Positions 38,492 through 47,522 of a stretch of 64,000 bases of DNA are shown piece after piece. The DNA lies in NCBI GenBank assembly GCA_027001995.1, contig JALTLO010000202.1, positions 21,102 through 85,101 on the forward strand, given 5' to 3'. Under the pieces are notes generated by a model. It searched no databases and was not told the DNA's origin. It saw only the letters and a list, made by a program, of their open reading frames with translations. Numbering within the stretch: the stretch's first letter is position 1; every line of letters starts with the position of its first letter. This DNA is from Planctomycetota bacterium (lineage in GTDB: Bacteria; Planctomycetota; GCA-002687715; DRQF01). The position numbers and the translations under genes were made by a program.

Positions 38492-40936
38492 CTATATCCT
38501 GCCGGCTTGCCAATCGTCATGATCGACAAGAATCTCGTGACTTCCGCTGCCTGAATAGGGTCCTACTAAACCCTCGGATTCCATGCGTTCAATAATGGCA
38601 GCGGCCTGGGCAAAGTCTACGCGCAGATTTCGTTGTAGAAAAGAGATCCGGCAAGTGTCTTGCTCAAGGCAAAGGGATACCGCCTCCTGATAGAAGGTTT
38701 CCGCTAAGGCGTCAAAAGGGGATTCTGGGGCACCAGCTTGAACCGGGGCGGGCATTTCTTCCGTCAGGGGAGCTTCGAAAGGAGCCGATTCTCCTACCGC
38801 ATCAGGAGTTAGGGAACTTTCAGATTCTGAGCCAGACTCTTGGTCGCCTTCAGAAGGGCTATTGGCTATTTCTCCAATCTCCGATTTTTCCAGGGCCTTT
38901 TTCGTTTCTTCGGCTTCGATTATTCCCAGTAAATTCTCATCTTCTGGGAGGAATTCTTCGTCGAAGGGGTCGCTCTCTTCGACCTGGGCAAAAGCGTCGT
39001 CAATGGAACCTCCAGAGAATTGCTCTTCATCTTCAATGAATTCTCCAGCTTCATCCTCCCTTTTGGAAACCTGCGATTCGGCCTCCACCTTCTCAACCTC
39101 CATCACCGAGTCCTGTTTGACTTCTTCCAAGGCTGCGGGGCGAGGTGGTGCGGAGTCTTCCCCCCATGGGGCCCAATCATCATCAAGCTCCCTGACTTCC
39201 CCTTTGGTGGGGGCTGGGATGCTTGGGGTTTCGGCCGTGATCGAAGCCGGTGCCGCATAGCGAGCCAAGTCTAGGGCTGAGCTTTCTTCTTCTTCGGCGG
39301 CGGGGTCAAGAACGTCGATCTGGTCTATGGCGCCCCATTCCATGTCGTCATTTTCGTGACTAAAGAGCAGTTGTTGGAATTCGACTTCTTCTGGTTCGTC
39401 CACGAGTTCACCTTCAATGTTGTCCATTTCGTCGTCATGGAATGCTCTTGGGGGAGCGGTTTCGTAGTCAATCTCTTCTAAGTCTGATGCTTCATCATAG
39501 GCGTCGGCTTCGATGACTTTGTTTTCATAGTCTTGAACTTCGTAGACCGGATTCTCTTCTTCTTCGAAGAGTTCATCTAAGTCGGAATCCAAGAGTGCTT
39601 GGGTGTCGGGGCCAAAGCTCTCAATGTTAGAATTCGAGGCCGCGAGTTCTTCCTCTTCTTCCAGTTCTTCGAGCTCTTCGAATTCTTGCCCCAACGAGGA
39701 ATCTTCTTCCTCAAGTTCGACGATGGAAGCCTCCAAATCAGTTTCATCTTCTCCATCATCATCTTCGAATTCTAACTCTTCCGTGTCTTCTTCTAAGAAG
39801 TCTTCTTCTTCGAATTCTGCAACGGCTTCCTCTTCTTCCTGTTCTGCGTTTTCATCCACAGGTTCAAGCACTTCGCCAAAGAGATCAAAGTCATTTTCTG
39901 CAGAAATCGGCTGTGACCAATCTAACTGAGGAATACCGTCATCTTCTTCTCGTTCTTCGTCTACAGCTTCCTCGTGCTGGGGCCTGCTTGTTTCGGGTTC
40001 GTCAAAAGTCAGCTCTTGATTCGTGGAATCATGGGGTTCTGCCAACTCCTGGGCTTCTCTGTCGGGGAGTTGAGTGGGGACTATGCTTTCGACCGAGTCT
40101 TTTGAAGTTGTCGCACCCACACCATCGTCCTCTCTTGGGGAGGGAGCTTCTGCGTCGATGGAAACGTCCGTGATTGCATTCTCAGTCTCCAAAGGGTCCA
40201 GGTCATCGAGAATGGTCCCATCGCTTCCCAAGGAAGAGATCGGTGTGCTGAGTTCTAAACGGCCGTCTTCTGAGTCAAGAGAAATGGGGTTGCCCAAGTC
40301 AAAAGCGGGTCTCTCCAGGGTGGTTGTTCGTCGCGATGAAGATTTGAGCTCCTGGACGTGAGTGTTTTCAGATTCCTCTGACTCTCCGCCGATGCCTAAT
40401 GCGAAAGCTGGTGCGGCGGGCTGATTGCTCAGGAGTCTGCGTACTTCCTCGAAGAAGAACCAATCTCTGGCCATGTAGGCACCAAACACCACAAGAGTCG
40501 CAGCCACAAAGTAGGCCAGTGTCTGAGGGAGTGCAAACTGGAATGCGTCACGAAGCATTTCTCCAAACTGTCCACCCCAAATAGAACCGTTTCCTTCGAT
40601 CAGAGCCACCAGGCTTGACAGGGCTAAGATTAGCAGGGGGAGCCCCACCGCCCTTCGAGGAAGATCGTTAAGAGTGTGCTTCATCCACAAAACCAATGCC
40701 ATGCCACTCAGACATGCAGTGGCTAAGTAGGCTCCTAAGAGACCAAATGCCCGGGCTGGAATCAGGGCTAAATTGAGCACTGTGCTTTCGTGGGGCAATG
40801 TCATGGCAGCGCCACCTTCCCGCAAATGGGTGGCGATCAGGAAGATCATATATGTGATGCACAGGCCAAAACCTGCCAAGGTAGTCCATTCCGATGCAGC
40901 TGCTGACTTCTTGTCGTTGTCTTCAGGGCTCGTCAT
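38492..40936 (-). CDS. FtsK-like protein lacking the ATPase motor (TM domain + acidic IDR + gamma domain)
   Basis: N-terminal TM region with WGGQFG motif resembling FtsK 4TM; about 570 aa of D/E-rich low-complexity sequence; C-terminal YQEAV...ISFLQRNL...MESEGLVGP gamma winged helix; no Walker motifs. Confidence 0.82.
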   Translation of the reverse strand: MTSPEDNDKKSAAASEWTTLAGFGLCITYMIFLIATHLREGGAAMTLPHESTVLNLALIPARAFGLLGAYLATACLSGMALVLWMKHTLNDLPRRAVGLPLLILALSSLVALIEGNGSIWGGQFGEMLRDAFQFALPQTLAYFVAATLVVFGAYMARDWFFFEEVRRLLSNQPAAPAFALGIGGESEESENTHVQELKSSSRRTTTLERPAFDLGNPISLDSEDGRLELSTPISSLGSDGTILDDLDPLETENAITDVSIDAEAPSPREDDGVGATTSKDSVESIVPTQLPDREAQELAEPHDSTNQELTFDEPETSRPQHEEAVDEEREEDDGIPQLDWSQPISAENDFDLFGEVLEPVDENAEQEEEEAVAEFEEEDFLEEDTEELEFEDDDGEDETDLEASIVELEEEDSSLGQEFEELEELEEEEELAASNSNIESFGPDTQALLDSDLDELFEEEENPVYEVQDYENKVIEADAYDEASDLEEIDYETAPPRAFHDDEMDNIEGELVDEPEEVEFQQLLFSHENDDMEWGAIDQIDVLDPAAEEEESSALDLARYAAPASITAETPSIPAPTKGEVRELDDDWAPWGEDSAPPRPAALEEVKQDSVMEVEKVEAESQVSKREDEAGEFIEDEEQFSGGSIDDAFAQVEESDPFDEEFLPEDENLLGIIEAEETKKALEKSEIGEIANSPSEGDQESGSESESSLTPDAVGESAPFEAPLTEEMPAPVQAGAPESPFDALAETFYQEAVSLCLEQDTCRISFLQRNLRVDFAQAAAIIERMESEGLVGPYSGSGSHEILVDHDDWQAGRI

Positions 40937-40968
40937 GATTTAGTCTCCTCAAAACGCCTACTTCGTTA

Positions 40969-43470
40969 CTAGGCCGTCTGTTGCTTTTCCCAATCTTCCA
41001 GCGTCAACATCACTTCACGAGCTTTACTGCCTTTGAAGTTGCCAACGATGCCATCTTCAGCCATGAAATCCACTAAGCGCGCGGCTCTGGTATAGCCAAC
41101 ACCTAATTTTCGCTGAAGCATGGAGACCGAACCTCTTTGGCTGGCCAAAACGGCTCGAACCGCATCATTGTAAAGGGCATCGCGATCTTGAAAACCTTCT
41201 TCCGACTTCTCTGACGAGGTCGGGACTTGGGTGAGTTCGCGACTGTATTCTGGTTGCGCCACGTCTTTGATGTAGCGCACAATGGATTTGATTTCTTCGT
41301 CACTGACCAAGGCAGCTTGACAGCGGATTGGACCACCACCAGAACGAGGAGACATGAACAACATGTCACCACGGCCCAGGAGACGTTCGGCTCCCATGGC
41401 ATCAAGAATTGTCCGAGAGTCAATCTTACTGGCTGTTCTGAATGACAAACGGGAGGGCATGTTGGACTTAATGAGGCCAGTGATAACATCGACACTTGAC
41501 CGTTGAGTCGCCAAAATGACATGCACACCAACAGCCCGAGACTTCTGGGCCAAACGACAAATACTCTGCTCAACTTCCTTGGCAGAGGTCATCATCAGGT
41601 CAGCCAGCTCATCGACAATCAAAACAACATAGGGCAGATGCTTCTGCATCGTTTCTATTTCTTCGATGGTATAGTGTTCGGCCAATCGTTCTTCGACCTC
41701 TTCTTGGCCAAGGCTATTGAAGCCCTTGATGTCACGGACACCGACGGCGGAAAGAAGTTCGTAACGATGTTCCATTTCATTGACGGCCCACTCCAAGATT
41801 TTCGGTGCCTTACGCATGTCTGTGACAACAGGTGTGAGCAGATGGGGTACGTCGCGGAAAGCTTGTAATTCGACCATCTTAGGGTCGATTAGGATGAGAC
41901 GAACTTCTTCGGGATACTTTGTCAGAAGCAGACTAGCAATAATGGTGTTGATACAGACCGATTTGCCCGCCCCGGTTTGGCCAGCGATCAGCAAATGGGG
42001 CATGGAGGTGAGATCTTCGATCAAAGCATTGCCAGAGGCATCCATGCCTAAGAGCAGAGGGATATTGAAGTGCTTTTTTTGCAGTACTTCGCTGCAGGCA
42101 AGTGTCTTCAGGAAGACCGTTTCGCGGATGTCGTTCGGTACCTCAATACCCACCGCAGCCTTCCCTGGAATGGGTGCGACGATGCGAATTGTCTTGGCTT
42201 TAAGAGCCAAAGAAATGTCATCGGGGAGGGAGGTGATTCGCTTGACCTTGGTGCCGGCTGCCAATTCAAGTTCGTAAACGGTGATGGTCGGACCACGGGA
42301 TATTTCGACCACTTGGGCGGTGATCCCAAAGGTCTCCAAAGTCTCTTCCAATTTTCGTGCTTTTCGCCGGATTTCCCCATCTCTCTCCTCCACATCCCGA
42401 ACAATCGGGTCTTCAAGGAGGCTCAAAGGAGGCAAGACATAAGTTTCCTTACCTTGGAGATGTTTTTCTCGAGATAGCTTGAGGATTTCAACGCCCTCAG
42501 ACGCTGTGCTCACACCTCCCCTTCGGATGATGGGATCGCTTCGTGGAGCGGGGGCGACTTCCTCATCGTCTTCCAGCCACGCGTCTTCTGGTTCTGGAGC
42601 TTCGCTGGCGTCTTCCAAAAGTAGAGATGAATCATCTTCTTCATCTAAGTCCGCGTCGAACATGAAGTCGTCTGTGGGCTCCATGATGCCTGTTTCGTCT
42701 TCTATCTCGTATTCCACCTCTTCCTCTTCTGCTTCTTCTGCGGCATCACTGAGAGCTTCCTCTTCGTCGTCCTCAGCCGCGATGTCGTCTTCTTCCTCCA
42801 GTTCCTCCAAGACGACGGCTTTCTTCTTGGCCGCTTTTTTCTTGGCAGTTTTCTTCTTGGACTTTTTCTTCTTGGATTTGGGGGTCTTGATCTCCACCCC
42901 AGCTCCGTCTCCAGGGACAAAGGCGAAAGTCGGGAGCTTCCATTTGGCCAAAGAGCCTTGGAAAAACTCGGGGATGCCCAAGGCTATGTCGACGAGAAAT
43001 CGATCCGTGGCAAGGATCAGGCTCGACGTGCCAAGGAGAAGGAGGATCAAAGTGGCGCCGATTCCGCCGAACCAATGGATGAGCATGGCTGCTCCTTGAT
43101 CCCCGGCAATACCACCAAAAGGATAGGGACTGTTGCCGTACCCAGCGGTGGGATCCAGAGCTTGTACCATAGTCGACAAAACAATGGTAAACACAACGGC
43201 CCCCACGCATTTGATGAGAGGGGAGGTGATGGGCCTGGAGACAAGGATGGAGTAGCCAATAAACATGCAGAAGAAGGAAAGCGCGAAAGCCCCTGCGCCG
43301 AATGTCTTAAGGAGCGCAGCCGCAATGAATTTGCCGAAAGCTCCGCACAGATTGGCAGCTCCATTCAGTTCGCTCGTCGGCGTGATGCCGTCGAAGGAAA
43401 CAAAACTGACTGACAGAAACAGCGCCAAAGCAAAAAATGCGGCGGCTGTCAGTCCTCTTTTTGCGGCCAT
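40969..43470 (-). CDS. ftsK: DNA translocase FtsK
   Basis: TM domain, RIVAPIPGK, PHLLIAGQTGAGKS, IDPK, IVDELADLM, ATQR, GAERLLGRGDML, gamma SVSMLQRKLGVGYTRAARL; GGAGG SD before ATG 43470. Confidence 0.96.
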   Translation of the reverse strand: MAAKRGLTAAAFFALALFLSVSFVSFDGITPTSELNGAANLCGAFGKFIAAALLKTFGAGAFALSFFCMFIGYSILVSRPITSPLIKCVGAVVFTIVLSTMVQALDPTAGYGNSPYPFGGIAGDQGAAMLIHWFGGIGATLILLLLGTSSLILATDRFLVDIALGIPEFFQGSLAKWKLPTFAFVPGDGAGVEIKTPKSKKKKSKKKTAKKKAAKKKAVVLEELEEEDDIAAEDDEEEALSDAAEEAEEEEVEYEIEDETGIMEPTDDFMFDADLDEEDDSSLLLEDASEAPEPEDAWLEDDEEVAPAPRSDPIIRRGGVSTASEGVEILKLSREKHLQGKETYVLPPLSLLEDPIVRDVEERDGEIRRKARKLEETLETFGITAQVVEISRGPTITVYELELAAGTKVKRITSLPDDISLALKAKTIRIVAPIPGKAAVGIEVPNDIRETVFLKTLACSEVLQKKHFNIPLLLGMDASGNALIEDLTSMPHLLIAGQTGAGKSVCINTIIASLLLTKYPEEVRLILIDPKMVELQAFRDVPHLLTPVVTDMRKAPKILEWAVNEMEHRYELLSAVGVRDIKGFNSLGQEEVEERLAEHYTIEEIETMQKHLPYVVLIVDELADLMMTSAKEVEQSICRLAQKSRAVGVHVILATQRSSVDVITGLIKSNMPSRLSFRTASKIDSRTILDAMGAERLLGRGDMLFMSPRSGGGPIRCQAALVSDEEIKSIVRYIKDVAQPEYSRELTQVPTSSEKSEEGFQDRDALYNDAVRAVLASQRGSVSMLQRKLGVGYTRAARLVDFMAEDGIVGNFKGSKAREVMLTLEDWEKQQTA

Positions 43471-43599
43471 GCTTTCCTCCAAGGGTTGACTAGAGCGGCT
43501 GCTGCAGCAGTCAGCCTGACGTTCGGCCACCACCGGGACGCCTCAGTCGATTCTTGCCCAAGGAGTGTTCTGGCCAAACATCTCCTGAGGCGTTTTTCG

Positions 43600-44097
43600 T
43601 CAGACACCGGTGTGCCCAAACCCGCCACTACCCCGTTGCGTTGCGGGTAGCGTGTCTACTTCACGAAACTGTGCGTGGTAGACCGGTGCAAAGACAAGTT
43701 GTGCGATACGTTCCCCTCGACGAATGAGGAAAGGCTCATTCGCAAGAGTTGTCATGATGACGCCGATCTCTCCACGGTAGTCAGCATCAATGGTGCCCGG
43801 TGCGTTGACCAAGGTGATACCATGCTTTAGCGCCAAACCACTTCGGGCCCGAACTTGAGCCTCTGTGCCGAAGGGCAGGGCGATTGAAATCCCTGTAGGA
43901 ACTAAGGTGATCTCACCTGCTTTAAGGGTTATTGGCTCTATATTAGCGGCCCGAAGGTCAACACCACTTGACCCAGGGGTGGCGTAAGCGGGGTAGGGAA
44001 GGTCTGCCGCTTGGGCAGACTTCCTGATTTGCACTTCGACTTGATGGGGGCCAGGTGCTTCCTGCTTGGCCTTCGCTGAGATGGGATCTTCGTTCAT
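43600..44097 (-). CDS. dut: dUTP diphosphatase
   Basis: [39 protein letters not shown]. Confidence 0.95.
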   Translation of the reverse strand: MNEDPISAKAKQEAPGPHQVEVQIRKSAQAADLPYPAYATPGSSGVDLRAANIEPITLKAGEITLVPTGISIALPFGTEAQVRARSGLALKHGITLVNAPGTIDADYRGEIGVIMTTLANEPFLIRRGERIAQLVFAPVYHAQFREVDTLPATQRGSGGFGHTGV

Positions 44098-44166
44098 GAT
44101 GGGGCCGATAATACAGACAGGAGGAGACGTTTTTGACAGGCCTATCCGATTCTCAAAGCCCGTTTT

Positions 44167-44787
44167 CTACCTGCGGTGGAGAGCTTCCGCTTCTTGGACC
44201 AAGATGCGTCCCAGTGCGTCTTTTGACGCTCTTTGGACTTCGCCGATGCTTTGGGCGGTGACCAAACGGAAAGAGGATTCATGGGATCCGAAGTTGGCGG
44301 GGCCATTGAGGACGATGATGTCGGCGCTCTTGCGCTTGAGTTTGCTGATGGCATTCACTTCCGCATTTTGGACTTCCAGAGCAAAGCCGATGAGGATTTG
44401 ATGGCCTTTGGCTTCACCCATGTCAGCAAGGATGTCCCGGGTGCGAGTCAACGGCAACATGAGGTCACCAGGGGATTTCTTCATTTTGCCAACTGTCGGG
44501 GATGCCGGGGTGTAGTCGGCAACAGCGGCGGTCATGAACACGGCGTCTACATCGGGGAAGATCTCAAGGCATGCTTGGTGCATATCTGCAGCCGAGATCA
44601 CAGAGCGAAATTCGATGTCATGAGGGGGCGACAGGTTTACCGGGCCCGATACAAGAGTCACTGCGTGTCCCAGGTCTCGGGCAGCTTGGGCCACAGCATA
44701 TCCAGTTTTTCCTGAGGACAAGTTGGACAAGAACCGCACGTCGTCCAGCATTTCCCGGGTTGGTCCAGCAGTCACCAAGACCTTCAT
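44167..44787 (-). CDS. coaB: Phosphopantothenate--cysteine ligase (standalone CoaB)
   Basis: VLVTAGPTRE.LDDVRFLSNLSSGK, AAVADY, GFALE. Confidence 0.92.
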   Translation of the reverse strand: MKVLVTAGPTREMLDDVRFLSNLSSGKTGYAVAQAARDLGHAVTLVSGPVNLSPPHDIEFRSVISAADMHQACLEIFPDVDAVFMTAAVADYTPASPTVGKMKKSPGDLMLPLTRTRDILADMGEAKGHQILIGFALEVQNAEVNAISKLKRKSADIIVLNGPANFGSHESSFRLVTAQSIGEVQRASKDALGRILVQEAEALHRR

Positions 44788-45320
44788 GGCCGCAGTTTGT
44801 CCACAGCTCCAAGTATGTCGCTCACCTCAGCCAATCTTCCTGGCCCAGATTCTCCACAAGCAAGCTCGCCCACTGTGGGGGGGATCATTTGCCAGCCCTG
44901 CTGTTCTAAACGGGCGCAATTCTCTTGGACTACAGAGTTGGCCCACATCCGCCAATTCATCGCTGGGGCAAAGAGTCTGGGGCCAGTAAATGCGAATGCT
45001 GTGGTCAGAACGACATTGTCGACGATTCCGTGGGCCAATTTGGCGATGGTGCAGGCGGTGGCTGGTGCTAAGAGCATGAGATCTCCATCCTGCGCCAAGC
45101 GAATGTGATCGTGGTCCATGTCAGGACTGATTTGCCACATGTCGTGGTAGACGGTCTCTAAGCTCATAGCTTGGAATGCCACTGGGGAAATCAGTTTTTG
45201 GGATTCAGGGGTCATAAGCACCGAAACACGGTCGCCCTTCTTGCGTAGGGCGGAAGTGATGTCGAGGGCACGATGGAGGGCGATGGATGCGCTCACTCCC
45301 AATATGATCTGCCTACTCAT
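44784..45320 (-). CDS. coaC: Phosphopantothenoylcysteine decarboxylase (standalone CoaC flavoprotein)
   Basis: LGVSASIA, HIRLA, APATA, PAMN..MW, GELACGESGPGRL; ATGA overlap with coaB. Confidence 0.9.
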   Translation of the reverse strand: MSRQIILGVSASIALHRALDITSALRKKGDRVSVLMTPESQKLISPVAFQAMSLETVYHDMWQISPDMDHDHIRLAQDGDLMLLAPATACTIAKLAHGIVDNVVLTTAFAFTGPRLFAPAMNWRMWANSVVQENCARLEQQGWQMIPPTVGELACGESGPGRLAEVSDILGAVDKLRP

Positions 45321-45344
45321 GTGTTCTTCCCGGGTCGGGTTTGG

Positions 45345-45439
45345 AGCCTGGTTATTCTTAACGTTCCTGTCCTTCCCATGTTTCCAGGGCAACTGGCACG
45401 GTGCTAAGGAGTTGGTGGGCTGTTAAGAATAACCAGGCT
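45345..45439. repeat. Perfect 18-bp inverted repeat enclosing a 59-nt structured core
   Basis: AGCCTGGTTATTCTTAAC (45345-45362) and GTTAAGAATAACCAGGCT (45422-45439) in the rpoZ-coaC intergenic region. Confidence 0.9.
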
Positions 45440-45444
45440 TCGTC

Positions 45445-45789
45445 TTAGGAGCTGCGTTCTCTTGCCAAGGCCGACATAATACGGCGTTCGAGCTCGTCTT
45501 CTGCTGACGTGTCCGTTGGCACTTCTGCCTGAGGAACTTGGGGTTGAGGGTTGAGCCGCTCGATTTCTTGGCGCATCGCTTCCCGGTTTTCTTCCGTGTC
45601 AGCAATCAACTCAATCTTACCTTGCTCAATTTCTTCAACAGCAACATCTATGGGGTTCTTGAATTTGCCTTCAACGAGACGCTTGGCTCCCCGATTGAGC
45701 TCGCGAATTCGTTTCTGGATCAGAACGGTTGTCCGAAAAACGCCGCCAACTTTTTCGTAGAGACCTTCCAGCCTGCCTTGGTCAATCAT
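45445..45789 (-). CDS. rpoZ: RNA polymerase omega subunit
   Basis: KVGGVFRTTVLIQKRIREL..GA...V...NPIDVAVEEIEQGKI; position after gmk. Confidence 0.88.
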   Translation of the reverse strand: MIDQGRLEGLYEKVGGVFRTTVLIQKRIRELNRGAKRLVEGKFKNPIDVAVEEIEQGKIELIADTEENREAMRQEIERLNPQPQVPQAEVPTDTSAEDELERRIMSALARERSS

Positions 45790-45808
45790 GCCGGTTTCCT
45801 CATTTCTG

Positions 45809-46384
45809 CTAATCGAGTTTCTCGGCCAAAGTGGCTGAGAGAATCTCTTTTATGGTCTGAGTCGCAATCGCGAGGTCATCATTGACGACCGCGTGATCAT
45901 ATTTGTCTTTCTTTGAGAGCTCCCAACGGGCTGTTTCCAACCTGCGCTCGAGTTCATCTTCGCTTTCGCTTCCACGAGAGCGCAATCTTTCTTCCAGCAC
46001 TTCGAAGCGCAAAGGCTCCACGAAGATGCTGGTCATTTCAATGGATGTATCTAAGTCCAAGAAACCTTGGACATCGATATCCAAAACCACGACGCGCCCC
46101 ATGTCTGTGAGCTTGTCTACTTCTGTTCTCAGCGTTCCGTAGCGGTGCTCCTTGTGTACCGTTGCGAACTCCAAGAATTCTCCATTGGCGATCTTGGCAT
46201 CGAATTCCGCTTCCGAAAGAAAATGGTAGTCGATTCCATTTTTTTCCCCATCCCGTGGCGGGCGAGTCGTCGCTGAAACACTCAAGGCAAACCGTTCGTC
46301 CTGGAGGAGTTCCCTGATGATGGTGCTCTTGCCAACACCCGAAGGACCTGAAAGGACGGTTAAGATACCTGTGTGTTTTGCCAT
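45809..46384 (-). CDS. gmk: Guanylate kinase
   Basis: SGPSGVGKS, SVSATTRPPRDGE..G.DYHF, YGT, LDIDVQG. Confidence 0.96.
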   Translation of the reverse strand: MAKHTGILTVLSGPSGVGKSTIIRELLQDERFALSVSATTRPPRDGEKNGIDYHFLSEAEFDAKIANGEFLEFATVHKEHRYGTLRTEVDKLTDMGRVVVLDIDVQGFLDLDTSIEMTSIFVEPLRFEVLEERLRSRGSESEDELERRLETARWELSKKDKYDHAVVNDDLAIATQTIKEILSATLAEKLD

Positions 46385-46389
46385 CTTCC

Positions 46390-47241
46390 CTATTCGATGT
46401 TGTGCGATTGCTCACGCAAGCGCTCTAAATCTGTCTTGACCTCGATGACGCAGCGAGCGATTTCACTGTCAGATGCCTTCGAGGCTACCGTGTTTGTTTC
46501 CCGCAGCATTTCCTGAAGGAGGAAATCGAGCTTGCGACCAATCTCTTGACCTTGCAGAAGTTCGTCGAACTGCTCTAAGTGGCTTTCCAAGCGCTGTAGC
46601 TCTTCTGAAATATCTGCCTTGTCGGCGAACAAAGCGACATCTCGCAAGAATTCTTTGTCATACACAGCTACCTTCTTTAGTTTTTCGCCATACTCTTCCA
46701 CCACCCCGGGGGCCCGCGATTTGATCGTTTCGACTTGGACGCGAATCCTGGCGGCGATTGCGCGAAGCTCTTCAGCGAGTTTTTCGCCTTCAAACCTTCG
46801 CATATCCGACAACCCTTTGAGGGCCTCGTTGACCCCAGACAAAATGGCCGCCTTGCGTTCAGTCCCAACACTGTCCGAATTCTCCCCTGGACGTACCACC
46901 CCAGGAAGGGAGAACAATGTTTCGATGGACAGGGACTTGTCTTCTAAGCCCAAGTCGGTCGCGAGCTTCTCAGCTTCGGCACTGAGTTGGCGAGCCAAAG
47001 TGTGATCAACAGTGACCGCTCTTTCATCTGACAATTCTTCATTGCGAATGGTGACGTTGATCGATCCCCTGATGAGGACTTTCTTGATCTGCCCTTCGAT
47101 TTCCGGCTCCAAGCGCGAAAGATCTCGGGGCAAACGAATTTGCAGTTTTAAGAACCTGTGGTTCACCGAACGGACTTCGACCTCGAGGGTGCGCTTATCA
47201 TCCGCAGTCTGGAACCGACCAAATCCTGTCATACTTTGCAC
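46390..47241 (-). CDS. yicC: YicC/YloC family endoribonuclease
   Basis: SMTGFG, SVNHRFL, DISEELQRLESH, GRKLDFLLQEMLRETNTVASK, REQSHNIE. Confidence 0.93.
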   Translation of the reverse strand: MQSMTGFGRFQTADDKRTLEVEVRSVNHRFLKLQIRLPRDLSRLEPEIEGQIKKVLIRGSINVTIRNEELSDERAVTVDHTLARQLSAEAEKLATDLGLEDKSLSIETLFSLPGVVRPGENSDSVGTERKAAILSGVNEALKGLSDMRRFEGEKLAEELRAIAARIRVQVETIKSRAPGVVEEYGEKLKKVAVYDKEFLRDVALFADKADISEELQRLESHLEQFDELLQGQEIGRKLDFLLQEMLRETNTVASKASDSEIARCVIEVKTDLERLREQSHNIE

Positions 47242-47254
47242 AAAGACGTCTCGA

Positions 47255-47494
47255 CTAACCGATAAGACTTGGAGTTGGTTTGCTCAAGATGGCGATGAGC
47301 AATGCCACGACCAAAAGAGAGGTTGCCAAGATCGAAGTGAAGCGATTGATGCCGCCGGATCCGTGGCCGAATGCTTCGCCACCGACGCCGCCAAATGCAG
47401 CACCCATACCGCCACCTTGTCCTTCTTGCAGCAAAATGATGCCACTGAGGATGACGGATAGAATAGTAAAGAGGATGTAGAGAATAGTTGTCAT
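47255..47494 (-). CDS. secG: Preprotein translocase subunit SecG
   Basis: Two TM helices around ILLQEGQGGGMGAAFGG; follows tpiA. Confidence 0.9.
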   Translation of the reverse strand: MTTILYILFTILSVILSGIILLQEGQGGGMGAAFGGVGGEAFGHGSGGINRFTSILATSLLVVALLIAILSKPTPSLIG

Positions 47495-47522
47495 TTTTTA
47501 TTCCTAGCCAACTGGGCTTCTA

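Noticed and set aside
38862..40361. Several Ser-rich plus-strand ORFs opposite the motor-less FtsK (also 42479-43099 opposite ftsK)
   Set aside because: Poly-Ser is simply the reverse complement of GAA/GAG-rich acidic codons
38492..40936. Reading the motor-less FtsK as a pseudogene
   Set aside because: Uninterrupted 814-codon ORF with its own SD and intact terminal domains; no motor remnants seen in the other listed frames
45393..45410. CTGGCACG as a sigma-54 promoter, CIRCE half-site or SAM-I riboswitch fragment (GCAAC..GGTGCTAA)
   Set aside because: No TTGC at the -12 position, no 9-nt CIRCE spacer, and the SAM-I P1/P2 elements are missing
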